Assembly (NCBI RefSeq): GCF_001194135.2
Contig: NC_068993.1
Span: forward strand, 743,229-807,228
Direction: 5' to 3'
Length of the DNA stretch: 64,000 nt
Origin: Octopus bimaculoides
Taxonomy: Eukaryota
The notes beneath the pieces are model-generated. The model had not been told where the DNA came from. It searched no databases and worked only from the letters and a program-made list of their open reading frames with translations. A program made the translations under genes and the position numbers. Shown here piece by piece: positions 63,390 to 64,000 of the stretch; position 1 is the stretch's first letter; every line of letters starts with the position of its first letter.

Positions 63390-63930
63390 AAACACCAGAA
63401 CTTTCAAGAAACTGGTTCTACCTGGACGTGGCAGTAAAAGAAGTGTGCAGTCCCCTCAGCTTATCNNNNNNNNNNNNNNNNNNNNNNNNNNNNAAAAAAA
63501 AAAAAAAAAAAAAAAAAAAGAACAGAGAAAAGATACGACGAAATCCTCATCGTTCCGTCAGAAAACTGGCTGCCACAGCAAAAAATAAGCCGAACATCAA
63601 TGTATCGATTGCTGAGGGATGATCTCAGAACACATCCCTACAAGATGATCCGCCGCTATGAGCTCACGCAAATTTATAAGGCCATGAGACTGGTGAGAAG
63701 TCGTCTTGTCCTGAGTCAGATTGCCGAAGGCACGCTGCGCAACCTGGTGTTCACTGATGAAAAGAAATTTGACATCGAACAGACAGTAAACCAAAAGAAC
63801 GGCCGACTTTGGAGTGTCTCTGGCTCCGTCGAGGGTGAGACTCATAAATCGACGTCAAAATCCAGTCAGTTATGGCTTGGGTGGCTGTGACAGCCACTGG
63901 AAAGTGACCCCTCGTTTTTGTGCCCCCGAA
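63390..63930 (+). mobile_element. Decayed Tc1/mariner transposase, maT/Bmmar1 (DD37D)-like
   Basis: FQETG...PGRGSKRSV...REKIRRNPHRSVRKLA (HTH region); MYRLLRDDLRTHPYKM...LVFTDEKKFDIEQTVNQKNGRLW (first catalytic Asp at 63756); then after a frameshift SVMAWVAVTATGK*PLVFVP. Frameshifts, an internal stop and an N-gap are present; the rest of the catalytic triad is not seen. Confidence 0.8.
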
Positions 63931-64000
63931 GGCTATATTTAGCATAACAGCTTTGGTCATGGAACTCTCTGGTTCTAACAATATTTCGAAAGCCAGATGA

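Larger units (their letters stand above)
14625..63493. other. Assembly gaps (N runs)
   Basis: 14625-14728, 20744-20753, 37572-38041, 38958-39441, 52206-52215, 54788-54944, 56177-56667, 59827-60254, 61866-62139, 62853-62862 and 63466-63493, mostly flanked by simple repeats. Confidence 0.98.

Overview
AT-rich, microsatellite- and retroelement-dense animal DNA with 11 N-gaps; the repeat landscape suggests an octopus genome (inference). Two + strand protein-coding genes are supported. (1) A neurocalcin/hippocalcin-family neuronal calcium sensor, CDS join(29837..30214,34711..34908), 191 aa, with a non-coding 5' exon somewhere upstream and probably a long 3' UTR. (2) Signal peptidase complex subunit 3 (SPCS3/SPC22-23), CDS join(51756..51898,54013..54086,54351..54427,55880..55995,57688..57817), 179 aa, absent from the ORF track because its exons are short; its second intron is a minor-spliceosome (U12) AT-AC intron. 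The rest consists of tRNA-derived SINEs, 5'-truncated RTE LINEs, Penelope-like remnants, a decayed Tc1/mariner (maT-like) transposase and simple repeats. Most unusual items: a tRNA-headed element carrying a decayed hammerhead-ribozyme core inside a ~70-bp inverted repeat (15994-16335), two further hammerhead-like remnants, a 68-bp hairpin with strand-biased G-U pairs (42260-42400), and a tandem branch site with an alternative AG in the U12 intron. No CRISPR array, rRNA or intact tRNA gene was seen. Nothing here can be shown to be a new system from sequence alone.
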